Source: Felis catus
Lineage: Eukaryota
Assembly (NCBI RefSeq): GCF_018350175.1
Contig: NC_058368.1
Coordinates: 199,456,001 to 199,520,000 of the forward strand
DNA: 64,000 bases
Direction of reading: 5' to 3'
Part shown: positions 12,418-25,224 of the stretch, in pieces
Layout of the letters: every line of letters starts with the position of its first letter
Position numbering within the stretch: position 1 is the first letter of the stretch
Notes under the pieces: model-generated
Told to the model about the DNA's origin: nothing
Seen by the model: the letters and a program-made list of their open reading frames with translations, nothing else
Database searches by the model: none
Translations under genes and position numbers: made by a program

Positions 12418-12573
12418 GCAGGGGCAGAGGGAGAGAGAAAGTCCTAAGCAGGCTCCACACTTAGCACAGAGCCAGATTCAAGCTCAACATGGGACTTGAT
12501 CTCATGACAGTGAGATGACCCAAGACGAAATCAACAGTCGGACACCTAACAGCCTGAGCCACCCAGGTGCCCT
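12291..12573 (-). mobile_element. Can-SINE with AT-rich expanded tail (12291-12382)
   Basis: Head ..cctgagccacccaggtgccc. TSD-like gaaagttt(a/c)cat at 12270 and 12574. Confidence 0.88.
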
Positions 12574-13639
12574 GAAAGTTTCCATTTTTCTTACATTAAT
12601 GTACTTTTAGCTTATACTTGTTATTTAGCCATGAGGCTGCCTCTTGTGCTATGACATACATGGCCATGTGGACAAATGAATTATCCTCTAATTGTAAATT
12701 TAGAGGGACTGATGTTTTGATAATAGAATGATCTTACTTTCTGATTTCAGATCACAGTGGATTTGGGTCTAGTGAGGCGTTTGCCTGAGACTTATAATCT
12801 TGATGAGTTTTCTATTACTCTGCCTATCTATGTCTTTCCTTGTTTCGAGACCAGGGATGTCTGATCAGGTTTCAAGTCTTGCATCTAACACCAACTTCTG
12901 ACTTCAAATTAATTTTCTGCGTAAATTGAATAACACACTATACCTTACTGAAGGTAGAAAAAAATGAGAAGAAATTTGCTTCTGGTCAAACCCATGTTGC
13001 TTCTCTTTCAGAGGACCTTTACAAGTAGGCTTATTTATGAGTTCAGATTTTAGATAATTAGCCTCACTAAGAGATCAACTTTTTGTTTGTTTTTGGATGA
13101 AAAAACAAAATTTCAGAATTAAACACTTTATTCTTTCTCCTGAATCTCTTCAGTTTTCCCCTGTAACCTGCTGCTTGAAGTCTGAATCATAGTTGAGGAG
13201 GGCATTTTAAAAATAAACTTCTGATTTTAAAATAATTTCATATTTATAGAAGGGTTGCAGAAGTATTACAGAGAGTTCCCCTGTACCTAGCACCCATTTT
13301 CCCCTATTGTTAACATTACTGTGATATAATAATTGCAGCTAATGAACCAATATTGGGAACATTATTATTAACTGACGTCTATACTTTATGTGGGTTTCCT
13401 TATGTTTTTCCTAATGTACATTTTTTTTTTGTTCTAAGATCTCATCCAGGGTACCAGATTACACTTATCCTTCACATCTCCTTAGGCTGCTCTAGATTGT
13501 GACAGTTTCTCAGACTTTTCCTGTTTTTGATGATCTTGGCAGTTTTGAGGAATATTGGTCAGATACTTTGTAGAGTGCCCCTCAATTTGTGTTTGTCTGA
13601 TGTTTTTCTCTTGGCTAGGTTGGAGTTATATTTTGTGGG

Positions 13640-13850
13640 TTTTTTTGTCATGTTTATTTATTTATTTTGACACGGATAAAGAGTGAACAGGGGCGGGGCA
13701 GAGAGAGAGGGAGACAGAGAATCCCAAGTAGGCTGCATACTGTCAGTTTGGAGCCCGATGTGGGGCTCAAACCCATGAACTGTGGAGATCATGACCTGAG
13801 CCAAAACCAAGAGTCAGATGCTTAACCAAACTGGGCTGCCCAGGCACCCC
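13640..13850 (-). mobile_element. Can-SINE nested in the L1MC element
   Basis: Head ending caggcacccc; tggagtta is repeated at 13621 and 13851. Confidence 0.92.
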
Positions 13851-13862
13851 TGGAGTTACGGG

Positions 13863-14361
13863 TTTTTAAAAATTTTATTAAGTTTTTCAGTTTAATTCCA
13901 GTATAGTTAACATAGAGTGTTATATTAGTTTCAGGTGTACAATATAGTGATTCAACAATCCCATGCATCACCCCGTGCTCATAACATCAAGTGCACTCCT
14001 TAATCCCTATTTCACCCATTTTCTCACCCACATCCCCTCTGGTAACCGTCAGTTTGTTCTCTGTAGTTAAGAGTCTGTTTATTGGTTTGTCTTTTCTCTC
14101 TTTTTCATTTGTTCATTTGTTTTGTTTCTTAAATTCCACATGCATAGAATCATATGGTATTTGTCTTTCTCTGACTGACTTATTTCACTTAGCCTAATAC
14201 CCTGTAGCCCCATCCATGTCATTGCAAATGGCAGGATTTTATTCTTTTTAAATGGATGAGTGATATTCCATTTTATATCTATATCTATATCTATATATAG
14301 ATCTATCTATCTATCTATCTATCTAGACCTATCTATATATAGGTCTATATATAGATAGGTC

Positions 14362-14399
<38 letters not shown>

Positions 14400-14598
14400 C
14401 ATGCCACATCCTCTTACCCATTCATCCATCAGTGGACACTTAACGTTGCTTCCATAATTTGGCTGTTGTAAATAATGCTGCTGTAAACATAAGGTTGCAT
14501 AGATCCTTTTGATTTAGAGTTTTTGTATTCTTCAGATAAATACTCAGTATTATGATTCCTGGATTGTAGGACAGTTCTATTTTTAGTTTTTTTAGGAA
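13863..14598 (-). mobile_element. 5'-truncated carnivore-type L1 3' end (about 0.73 kb)
   Basis: tagttaacatagagtg, ctctgactgacttatttcacttagc and ttcatccatcagtggacac are L1 3'UTR/ORF2-end sequence. TSD ctgg(a/g)gtta(c/t)gggtttt at 13850 and 14599. Confidence 0.9.
14273..14399. repeat. Compound (TATC)n/(GATA)n microsatellite containing a perfect inverted repeat (14301-14386)
   Basis: Read directly; 42-bp arms with a 2-nt spacer. Confidence 0.95.
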
Positions 14599-15029
14599 CT
14601 GGGGTTATGGGTTTTCAGGAGGAAAACCAGAGAGATAAAGTAATATTTTCAATGTATCGTATCAAGGGTACATTCTATTAAGATCACTGATCACTGATGA
14701 TGTGAACTTCCATTCCCTGACTGAGGTAGTGTTTGTCAAGTTTCTCTACTGTAAAATGACTCTTTATTCCCCCCTTCAATACTGTACTGTTTTGGAGGTC
14801 GCTACATACATCCTATACTTAAGGAGTGGGGAGTTTGCTCTACTTCCTTGAGAGTGGAATATTTATTTGAATTATTTGGAATTCTTCTGCAGGGGAGATT
14901 TGTCTATTCTTATTTATTTAATATTGCTGTGGACTCATGAATATTTCTTTTATACTTTCGATTTTAATCCAATATTATTGTATTTTCTTACTCAAATTGT
15001 TCCAGTTTTGGACATTAGGTACTCTTTTT

Positions 15030-15059
15030 TAAAATAATTTTTAAAGTTTATTTATTTAT

Positions 15060-15091
<32 letters not shown>

Positions 15092-15199
15092 TCCTAAGCA
15101 GGCTCTCTGCTGTTGGCACAGAGCCCCATTAGGGACTCAGTCTCATGAACTGCAAGATCAAGATTGGTAGCTCAACTCGCTAAGCCATCCAGGCATCCC
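15030..15199 (-). mobile_element. Can-SINE with internal deletion
   Basis: TSD tgg(a/c)cattaggt at 15009 and 15200. Lacks the usual tgacctgagc segment. Confidence 0.85.
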
Positions 15200-15659
15200 T
15201 GGCCATTAGGTCCTTTTTTACTTGGCTCCTATATCTCTCTGACATAGCCCCATCATTATGAGTTTTTGTTTTTGTTTTTGCGTACTTCATTACTTTCTGA
15301 TGCTACAAGATGCTTCAGGCTTATTTTGTGTATTCCAACCCTATTATTAACCTTTTCTCCAAAGAGCCAATTCTTATTATGAATAATGGTATTAGAAACT
15401 ATGATCTGGGTGCTAAAGTCTAGGATGCACTTTTGACATTTTATTTTAGAAGCTGGCCCAGAAGGACTCTGGTGAGGTGGTATTGAACTACACCAGTTAT
15501 TATAATTTTTATTCCCGAATAATTTGAATCCAATGTCTATTTTGGAATCTTCTGGAATTAAATTTGAAAACTCATTATCTAGGGAGGAAAGCATCCCCAT
15601 TCAAAAATTCACAACAGGTGGTGTAGTTTTTGCAAACATATAAATATGAATTTTCAAAA

Positions 15660-16080
15660 TATTTTAATAAGACATTTCAGTCTAAAAAATAAGCACAGAA
15701 AGTAATGAAATGGACTTCAAATCTGTCCCAATCCAGCTTAAGAAATAAGACTTTTTGGTCTTCTTCCCTTGACAAAAGTTACCATGATTTTGAATGTTTT
15801 TGCATGTTTTTATATTTTACTAACATTGCATGCATCCTTAAACAGTATGTAATATTGTTTTGCATATTTTTAACTTTATGTAAATGGTCACATATCCTTT
15901 TTTCCTACTTAACTATATATTTTTGATATTTTTTTCTATGTTGCACTAGCTTATTCATTTTCATTGCTGTGATTCAATTGTGTAAGAATAGTGTAATTTT
16001 TTTCATTCATTCTCTTGATGGTGTTCATTAATGTCATTTATAATTTTTAAAATTAATACAACAACTGGTGTAGTGAAGAC
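15660..16080 (-). mobile_element. Ancient L1 (L1ME-like) 3' fragment
   Basis: ccagcttaagaaataagac, ccttaaacagtatg and taactttatgtaaatggt resemble L1ME 3'UTR. Confidence 0.5.
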
Positions 16081-18169
16081 AAATAAGTTATTTTGATTAG
16101 TTTGGTTGAATGTTTTTGATTTGTAGGAGTAGCTCTGCTCACTTCCTCCTCCCCACCACCTCTGTAGATATAGCTCTGAACTTCATCTACCCATGGTTGT
16201 TGTGTTCCCTAGAACAACCTTGGGGAAAAGTTCGTATTTTGAATTAATTAGCATGACAAAATATTTCTTCATTGTTGTTTTCATAAGCACATGTGCAATG
16301 TTGATGCATTGCTGATTTCATGATCTCTACATTATTCTGATGTTAAGTAGCCTTGTTTAATGAGACCCTCAGTATTGATAATTTTCTTTTCAGTCATTCA
16401 GATATAGAGGTAAAATCAGGTCAAGTCACAGTGCTGACATTCAAATTGCTTATTTTATTATAGAGTTTTTCTAGAAATGTTTCAAAGCTACTGATCTGTG
16501 ATAGTTTTGGATGATAGAATTTAAATTTAAGTTTCCTAGGATTAAAGCTTGTGTATATCAGTGAAACTAATATAAAGGTCAACTAGTTTGACATGTGTAA
16601 ATTATTTAACAAAAAATATACATTGCAAATTTATTATTAAATAATAATTAATAAATTATTAAGTCTATCAACAGTCCTCAATTGGGCTAAATTTCTTTAG
16701 GATCTTTAGCAACTCAGGCAAGTACATCTTAAAACTTCTAAATTTCTAAGGTGTCAGGGTTACCTCAGGATTTCACTGCAGGTCTGTTCTGCTTCAAGTC
16801 AAAGGAACATACAATTCCTGGGAGGGAAAGCTAGGAAGATTCTTTCCACTTGATTTCTTGTGCATGAGAACAACTCTGGGGAAGACACAATCAAGGAAAA
16901 GAGAATGGGAAGATTATATGAGCTCCATAGAGAACAGTCTACTTGATTTTGATAATTGGTAATGGACTAGGAAGGTTGTTAGTGAGTGTTTGGAGCATAT
17001 CAAATGTTATTCATTTCAACACTTGGAATGACTAAAACTTAAATTATGCAAACATTCTTTGGATCTCATCATCAAATCTCATGTTCCCTTATTATATCCT
17101 CTTTAATATCCAAATACTAATTCCATTAAAAGAGGTTTTGTTGTAAACCACTATAATAGAAGGTCTAATGTCTTTAGATTGCCCTAATAAAGACTGAAAA
17201 ATAATCTCTAAAACATGGAAACAAGCATGATTTGAAATTTGTATTTGATCAGTTGCATCCTCTTGCATCATCTAGGCTTGCTTTGTTCATAGTGTGTTTC
17301 AGCCCAGCAGTAAAACAATGCCAAAATATTAACAATGCCAGCTTTTGAAGGCTTGTTTCATTATATTTTATTGTATCATCTTTGGCTTCATCTTTGAAGT
17401 TCAGTTTTTATGTTTCTCCTTAGGTAGAAAATTTTTTCCCTGAAGGGATGTCATTCACATTGGCTCACACTGGCCTATTCACTAATAGGTGCTAAGAGGT
17501 GCAGTAGACTCTCTCTAAATTATATTAGCCAGTTTTATTTCCCTTTCTGATGGAATTCCTGCACCTAGTGTTCTAGCGTTGATTGGTTCCTAATGGGCTT
17601 TGGCTCTTGTCTCCGCTGCAATGGAGTAGTTAATCCTTTTTCATGCTGTTTTTACATTAGATTGTAGTCCACACAATCCTTGCAGGCTGGTAAAAACCAA
17701 CTGAGCTTCTCTTAAAACCAATTTCCTCACTGGAAGTTTCCAAGTGATTTTCATAGACCTACACATGGGTCCCCCAAGTTCTTTGGGGAGGTAAAACTTT
17801 CTAAGTCAGTGGCCCTTATTAAAGGTTGTACGTTTCAGGCAGTTGCCTCTCATTCTAAAGAGAGTAAAGTGGTTAGAGTGAAGAATGATTTTGAAATTCC
17901 CATTAACTCTTCCTGTCTGGATGCCTTGCTTACCAGATGGCTTAAATGTGTTGCTGTGTCACTCTTGTACAGTGACTCAGCTAGACTGTGACCTTAGATT
18001 TACCTCAAAACCTTTAAGCCAAAGGAAATAGTTAAGTAGGAGCTAGAGCAAACAAATAGGCCCACATGCCTTATATGTTTACTATAATCACCTGCTCAAA
18101 TGGAGACACTGTTACTGCAACAAGGAATTTTTTCTGCCTTAATAAAAAAGATATTTCTGGTGGTATCTA

Positions 18170-18340
18170 ATAGTAAAAGTAATTTTGATTAGGAACAGTG
18201 GTTGCTTCAGGCAGACAAACTAAGTGGCTAGGGTAAAGGGGAGGGAGGAATAAGATTTGTATTTCACTGAACACTCTTTTGGATTTTGTAAAATATGCAT
18301 GTATTGTTTATTCCAAAATAGAAAATATAAGAAAAGTAAA
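18170..18340 (+). mobile_element. Ancient L1 (L1ME4-like) 3' end
   Basis: aacagtggttgcttc, gggaggaataagatttgtatttcactg and atgcatgtattgtttattc followed by an A-rich tail. Confidence 0.45.
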
Positions 18341-19584
18341 TGTAAACAAAGACAGAGAAGGGAAAGGACATAAGTAATTTTGCCCAGTTACTTTGATTAA
18401 AAAGGAAGTGTAGGCATACTGGTTTTTGGAGAACTTTTTTTGTTGTTATTGTGGTTTGGTTTCTGACGTGTTTGCAGCTTTTCACAACCTAAGGTAAAGC
18501 TCTGGGGGAATACTTGGATGATCTTTTCTGCAGATGCAATTTAAGGCAAGAACTCTGCTTTTGCTCACATGCAGTACAAGGCATGTGCCGTTTTGGCTTT
18601 TAGGTTTCATTTGGATAGAATCAAAGTACGAAGAGATGCTAAAGACCATCATTTAGAATTAATATATATCTTTCTTACCCTTTTTCCAAATGAAAAAGCT
18701 GAATTGAGGGGCCACTATAAGAAACATTCAAGGTTACACAAGCCTACAAGAACTGGATATGATGCAAAGTTGGGGGCTTCTCCCCCAGTACAGTCATATC
18801 TGGTGACTTACTTAAATAGAGGATAATCTGCATGACTTAATTGGTGAATGCAGCCATATAGAAAGTCAGAATTTGGTGTCAGTGTTAGGAAAGCCCGGAT
18901 TCTTTGTGATAACATATTTTAAATAAATATAAAAGTCATAATGGAGATAATTGCATCAAGAGAGGGACAATGTAAAAATACGGTCCAACTTCATTTTCTC
19001 ACTGGAGTGGAAATTTGTATGGGAAAGGGCAGATTTTAAACATCCTTAAAGTCTTGCACCTCATGTGAGAATGCTAGTTATGCTTTCTTTGTCCATGTGT
19101 ATTTGCTTTTGTGCCCCTAGAAAAGTGGGAATAGAAACAGCAAGATCTTTCCAGGAGTGTAGGCTACATGGCCTGCTCTTCTGAGACCTCCAAGTAGCAG
19201 GCTATTAGGGAAATCTTATATTAGAATGGTATTTTAGGTGATTAAAATCCAAATGATCTTGTGAAGATAGCTCAAGAAGCATGTGAGAGAGGAAATTGTG
19301 TTGTTCTGATATAGATGCCAGTTAAGAAATAGGAATCCTAACAGCAAGGGGAATATGTTATTCTAAGATGGGGGTTCTTACCATTGGGGCCGTATTAGAT
19401 TGTGCCCAAGCATAGGGCTGTGGTCTGGACCAGAAGTGACTTGACTGGTGAGTTTTTACTTGTATTTTGCAGGAGCCTCTGAAGTAATTTTCCTGACACT
19501 GTGCTCATGTCACTGCAACCCATCTGCATGTGGTTGACAGAATATGCTTTAGAAATGCTCTCTGCTCTGGTCAATAGTAAATAC

Positions 19585-19980
19585 TTTAACAGCTCCTCAT
19601 CGTCTTTCGTATAAAGTTAAAATTCCTTAATAAGGCTTGAAAAACCCTTCACAAGTCAATGCATATCAACTTCTCAGCCCCATTATCTTCCATTCATCAA
19701 CAAGCCTGTAAACCCCAGCTCCTGTGAACCGTTTGCAATGCTTTGAGCATTCTATGGTCTATCATATCTCTGAAACCTGGTGACCTGAAGCTGTAAGATG
19801 CTTCCCCCTGCTTTTTAAAAATCATTTCCTGCTTATGTTTTGATGTTTCAGTTCAAGCACCATTTTGTTTATTATTTATTTATCAAACATTATTGTGAAT
19901 GGGGATTTAAAGATGAGTAAAACATGGTCCCTGCTCTGGAGGAACTTTCAGTCTATGGGAGATAGATACATGCAAACAGT
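19585..19980. mobile_element. L2 fragments: plus about 19585-19865, minus 3' end about 19870-19980
   Basis: ataaagttaaaattccttaataaggc (plus); atttatcaaacatt..gatgagtaaaacatggtccctgctctggaggaactttcagtct (minus). Confidence 0.55.
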
Positions 19981-20125
19981 TAAGTGAGGTATATACACAC
20001 CCAGGTTTCATTATGGAAGAGGGACAAATATTCTTTGACGTCTCCAGGCTATCACAGGCTCCAGTTCAGTGCTCTCATGGTCACTGAGCCACTAAATCTG
20101 CCACATACACATACCATTTGAATCT

Positions 20126-20174
20126 TTTTAAAAATTTTTTTAAATGTTTTTTTTTTATTTTTCAGAGAGAGAGA

Positions 20175-20222
<48 letters not shown>

Positions 20223-20388
20223 AAGAAAGAAACAGAGCATGAGTGGGAGAGGGGCAGAGAGAGGGAGAGAAACAGAATCTGAATCAGGCTCGGTTCTGAG
20301 CTGTCAGCAGAGTCCCAACTCACGAACTGCAAGATCATGACCTGAGCTGAAGTCTGACACTTAACCGACTGAGCCACTCAGGTGCCCC
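20126..20388 (-). mobile_element. Can-SINE, first of a tandem pair
   Basis: Head ..gagccactcaggtgcccc and long (GA)n. Flanked by catttgaatct at 20115 and 20390. Confidence 0.93.
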
Positions 20389-20400
20389 TCATTTGAATCT

Positions 20401-20610
20401 GTTGTTTTGTTTTTAAAAATTTTTAATGTTTGTTTATTTCTGAGAGGGGAGGGGGAGGGGCAGAGAGCGCGGGAGACACAGAATCTGAAGCAGGCTCCAG
20501 GCTCTGAGCTGTCAGCACAGAGCCTGACGTGGGGCTCGAACCCATGAGCTGTGAGATCATGACCTGAGCCGAAGTTGGACGCCCAGCTGACTGAGCCACC
20601 CAGGCGCCCC
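20401..20610 (-). mobile_element. Can-SINE, second of the tandem pair
   Basis: Head ..gagccacccaggcgcccc, followed by attgaatct. Confidence 0.93.
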
Positions 20611-20779
20611 ATTGAATCTTAATCATTGGCTTTTTTTCTCCCGGAGTCAGAACTACTTCAATAATTTCTAAGTCTTCAACCCCGACTGCTTTACTGGCCT
20701 GTGGTAAGTATCCCAAGAATGTTTTCTTTTTAAGTGAATAAATGTAGGAGTGATTACACCCAAGAAGTATTGGAACCTT

Positions 20780-21190
20780 GTGTAATCCAGCTTATGGCAG
20801 GGAGCTAGACCAAAAAGGTCGTGAATAATCAGACCCAGAATCTGTGGCCTAGTGGGCCAAACCTATCCATAAGCTCAAATAATGAAGGACAAAAATTCAA
20901 GAGTCTTGCAGTGGAGACGATTTTGAAGAGAGGATAATGGAACAGATGCCAGAAAGAAGTAGAAACAAACCCTAGGGGTGGGAAAGAAGGGGAGAGAGAG
21001 AGGTGCTGGTTCAGTCTCTGGTTCAGGAGAGCCAGTCCCATCTAACTCAGCTGAATTGCATCTCTGAGAAAGCTCTGTGCACCTAGCAAGATGTTCTGTT
21101 TCCCCTCCCTCACACCTCCACACTCTTATTTAATTTTTAGTGGGCTCAGTGAGGTTTTTGTTTCAGGCAACCCCAAGACACCTGACTACA
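20780..21190 (+). mobile_element. Old MaLR LTR (MLT1-type)
   Basis: 3' terminus gaggtttttgtttcaggcaaccccaagacacctgactaca resembles MLT1 ends. 5' boundary uncertain. Confidence 0.5.
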
Positions 21191-22487
21191 TGTTGTTAAT
21201 GTACTCAGACTTTTAGAACGAGACAGGGGAAACTAATCAGCATAGAACTCATGAATTTGTCAGAATGCTTTTCCCTCTTGACTATATTTTAATCAACTGT
21301 CACATGGTTACATTTCAAAATATTTGTGGATAAATTAAATAATTGTGAAGAGTTTATTAGTCTTATTATCTCAAAATGAAAATGACCTGGGCTATTATAG
21401 TCCAGAGAAGAGATTAAATGAATCAGTTATTTACATCATTTACCTAGTTGTCATTGTTGGTTGTTTATTTTTTGTTGTTGTTTTTTGTTTTTTGTTTTGG
21501 TTTAAATGACCTAAAAGAGTGTTCCAAAGTATTTCCTGGGAAACCTAAGCAGTCCTGAACATACAGGAGTAGGAACATCCAGATCTCTTTAATTATCTAG
21601 CCATGGTAGTAAATGGAAACATGACCCAAGAATAGTTGGTAAAGCTTTGTGTGCAAGCTATACACATAAAGCGTCCTATTATAATAACAAAGTCAGATGT
21701 ATAGGAATATTAATAAAATCAAGAAATTCCCGGTATTCTTGAAAAGGAATGAGTTTTGACTGATTATCTTGGAATTTAGATTTAGAATAGAAAAACATAA
21801 ATTCATCAATTATGCCAAACTTTTCTAATTATTCAAAGCTAAAAAAATATTTGGAAGTATAAATTTCTATACATATATATAAGAAAAAGAAATCTTTCTT
21901 GGTTTTAGTGAAACAAGACCTGCATGCTATGTTTCACTGCAGAAACTTCCTATCTTATGTTCTAGTACATCCATCTCATTCTGAATTATATTCTTTTGTT
22001 CTGATGTTGGTGGTTTATTATAGATGTGTCATTTATCTTAAGCCAAACTTAAATCCTTTTAAGAAGGAATCAGAGGCTTAAATAGGGAATCAGAGAGGAC
22101 ATTTCTCACTCTGTGGCTGCATTGACAAACCTCTTGCAATTTGTATTTGATTGAATCAGAATCAAACTCCCTACCAGAGCCGAATTTCCCTACATATCTG
22201 GAAATCCCCATGTATGCTCAGACACCAGGCTGCTCCCAGAAGGCAGCAGACTTTTGTTGTTCCTTCTAGGTCCAAGACCTGACTTGAATTTTCCAAATTA
22301 TGCGCAACCTAAAATTTTGGGCAACAAAAATGTGTGTGACTTAATTTATTATATGTAGGATATTGCTGATTACAAACATTTGTTAATAATATATGCTTTC
22401 ATGTTAGTAATCTCAAGGAAGTAGTTTATATATCCCTACTTACAGAGGAGGAAAGCCAAGGCCACAAAAGAATCTTAGAACTGGGTA

Positions 22488-22493
<6 letters not shown>

Positions 22494-22538
<45 letters not shown>

Positions 22539-22552
22539 ATGTGTGTGTGTGT
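22494..22552. repeat. (TG)n microsatellite
   Basis: Read directly from the sequence. Confidence 0.97.
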
Positions 22553-22634
22553 ATTAAATATTGCTAAAAATTACATGCTCAATGTAAAAATTCAAATAAT
22601 ACAGAGTAGGGATGGAGAATTTCTTCATATTCTG

Positions 22635-22842
22635 AAAACCTCAGTCTTTGACTTTAAGGCTTTCAATTGACTGGATGAGGCCTACCCACATTATGGAGGG
22701 TTATCAACTTTATTTAAAGTCAACAGATTTCATTGTTAACCACATCTACAAAATATCTTCGCAAAAACATCTAGACTGGTGTTTGACCAAACAACTGGAC
22801 ACCATGACTTAGCCAATGGGGAATATAAATATAGCCATCATA
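22635..22842 (-). mobile_element. ERVL LTR 5' part (MLT2-type)
   Basis: gaggcctacccacattatggaggg..acatctagactggtgtttgaccaaacaactgg..ttagccaa..ccatca is the reverse complement of an MLT2 start. Confidence 0.8.
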
Positions 22843-22844
22843 CT

Positions 22845-22965
22845 GTAGATGCAAATGTCCAAAAGAAAGCATTAAGCAATGGAACCTAATTGTTGATCAA
22901 CAAGAAAGAACCTATTATGATTAAATTGGGTTTATGACAGGAAATGTCAGAATGGCTTCATATCG
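22845..22965 (+). mobile_element. Ancient L1 ORF2 fragment
   Basis: Degenerate match to DAKILNK..DQVGFIPGMQGWFNI (gatgcaaatgtcc..ttgggtttatgacagg..aatggcttcatatc). Confidence 0.4.
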
Positions 22966-22979
22966 GAGCTGGGCTTTTA

Positions 22980-22981
22980 TT

Positions 22982-23023
<42 letters not shown>

Positions 23024-23427
23024 TTTAATTTACATCCAAGTTAGTTAACATATAGTGTAATAACGATTTCAGGAATAGAATTTAGTGATTCATCACTTAC
23101 TTACAACACCCAGTGGTCATCCCAACAAGTGTCTTCCTTAATGCCCCTTGCCCGTTTAGCTCATCCCACCACCCAGAATCCCTCCTGCAACCCTCAGTTC
23201 TCTGTATTTAAGAGTCTTTTATGGTTTGTCTGCCTCCCTGCTTTTATATTATTTTTGCTTCCTTTCCTTTTTGTTCATCTGTTTTGTATCTTAAATTCCA
23301 TACATGAATGAAGTCATACGATATTTGTCTTTCTCTGACTTATTTTGCTTAGCATAATACATTCTAGTTCCATCCACATTGTTGCAAATAGCAAGATTTC
23401 ATTCTTTCTGGTCACTGAGTAATATTC

Positions 23428-23467
<40 letters not shown>

Positions 23468-24649
23468 CACATCTTCTTTATCCATTCATCAGTTTATGAA
23501 CATTTGGGTTCTTTCCATACTTTGGCTGTTGTCAATAGCGCTGCTATAAACATTGGGGTGCATGTGCCGCTTCACAACAGCACAGCTGTATCCTTTGGAT
23601 AAATACCTCGTAGTATATTGCTAGGTCATAGGGTAGTTCTATTTTTAATTTTTTTGGAGGAACCTCCATACTGTTTTCCAGAGTGGCTGCACCAGTTTGC
23701 ATTCCCACCAGCAGTGCAAAAGGGTTCTCCTTCATCTGCATCCTCGCCAATATCTGCTGTTGCCTGAGTTGTTAATTTTAGCCATTCTGACATGTGTTAG
23801 CTGGTATCTCATTGTGGTTTTGATTTGTATTTCCCTTATGATGAGTGATGTTGAGCAGTTTTTCATGTGTCGGTTGGCCATCTGGATGTCGTCTTTGGAG
23901 AAGTGTCTATTGATGTCTTTTACCCATTTCTTCACTGGATTATTTCTTTTTTGAGTGTTAAGTCTGATAAGTTCTTTATAGATTTTGGATACTAACCCTT
24001 TATCTGATATGTCATTTGCAAATATCTTCTCTGATTCTGTCGGTTGCCTTTAAGGTTTGCTGATTGTTTCTTTTGCTGTGCAGAAGCTTTTTATCTTGAT
24101 GAGGTCCCAATAGTTCATTTTTGCTTTTGTTTCCTTTGCTTCTGGGGACATGTCAAGTAAGAAGTTGCTGTGGCCAAAGTCAAAGAGGTTATTTATTTTC
24201 TTCTGTAGGATTTTGATGGCTTCCTGTCTTATGTTTAGGTGTTTCATCCATTTTGAGTTTATTTTTGTGTATGGTGTAAGAAGGTAGTCCAAGTTCATTC
24301 TTCTGCATGTCCCTGTCCAATGTTCCCAACACCATTTGCTGAAGAGACTTTTTTTCATTGGATATTCTTTCCTGCTTTGTCAAAGATTAGTTGGCCATAC
24401 ATTTGTGGGTCCATTTTTGGGTTCTCTATTCTGTTCCATTGATCCATGTGTTTGTTTTTGTGCCAGTACCATACTGTCTTGATGATCACAGCTTTGTAAT
24501 ATGTCTTGAAGTTTGGGATTGAAACCTCCAGCTTTGGCTTTCTTTTTCAGAATTGCTTTGGCTATTTGGGGCCTTTTCTGGTTGTATACAAATTTTAGGA
24601 TTATTCTAGCTCTGTGAAGAATGCTGGTGTCATTTTGATAGGGATTGCA
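22980..24649 (-). mobile_element. 5'-truncated carnivore-type L1 (about 1.67 kb) with (TTA)n tail and internal (CA)n at 23431-23466
   Basis: Perfect 14-bp TSD gagctgggctttta at 22966-22979 and 24650-24663. ORF2 C-terminal peptides include SLFSKWCW and [13 protein letters not shown]. Confidence 0.96.
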
Positions 24650-25224
24650 GAGCTGGGCTTTTAAATGTTATTCTTTGGATTTCAGTTAGCCTATTGATAA
24701 TCTAATCAATGCTTCCAAACTGATGTGCTTAAAATCAACTTCAAATTATAACACTTTGGTTGAAATTTACTTTGGAAACTGTGGTATGCTGCTGGATGGG
24801 ATCTGAAGAAGAAAGGTGGCAGTGGTATGGGAGATCTGCGAAGAGAGCATGTGATTGACCAGCACCTCTTCTTTCTTTGGTCCTTCACACACTTTTGGTG
24901 ACATGTCTGCATTCTCAAACATCTATTGGTTTGGCTTGAAGATTCTGTTTTCTGCAAAGCTCGTTGGATTCTTCTTGTTTGGTTTTAGAAGAAGATGTGC
25001 ACTGCTTTTGTATGTTTTCTTCCCCCGGAAGAGACCAATACATATAGTTGTGTAAGCCCTCAACCAAGAATTACATCATTTCACATGGAGGGATGCTACC
25101 TATTCACACTGAGCTTTCTTCTGTGATCCAGGTCATATTCTGTCCATGCTGATTTACATATAAGTGCTCAAGTTGAGGAAAGAAAAAAGGCTAAAAATGT
25201 CCTAGGAGTTGTACAAAAATGACT

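Larger units (their letters stand above)
13225..15425 (-). mobile_element. Old eutherian L1 3' region (L1MC4-like) in three pieces (about 13225-13629, 14599-15029, 15200-15425), split by younger insertions
   Basis: Motifs 'ttcacatctccttaggc', 'tgtgacagtttctcagact', 'gcagttttgaggaatattggtcag' and 'ctgaggtagtgtttgtcaagtttctctactgtaaa' are typical of L1MC 3' ends. The sequence resumes after each TSD. Confidence 0.72.

Noticed and set aside
12730..12790. Pyrimidine tract plus CAG resembling splice acceptors (also near 19470 and 34000)
   Set aside because: No convincing paired donor or coding signal; such motifs are common in T-rich intronic DNA.
20115..20619. Short repeats separated by 200-270-bp spacers (CRISPR-like)
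   Set aside because: The repeats are target-site duplications and the spacers are SINEs, in mammalian DNA.
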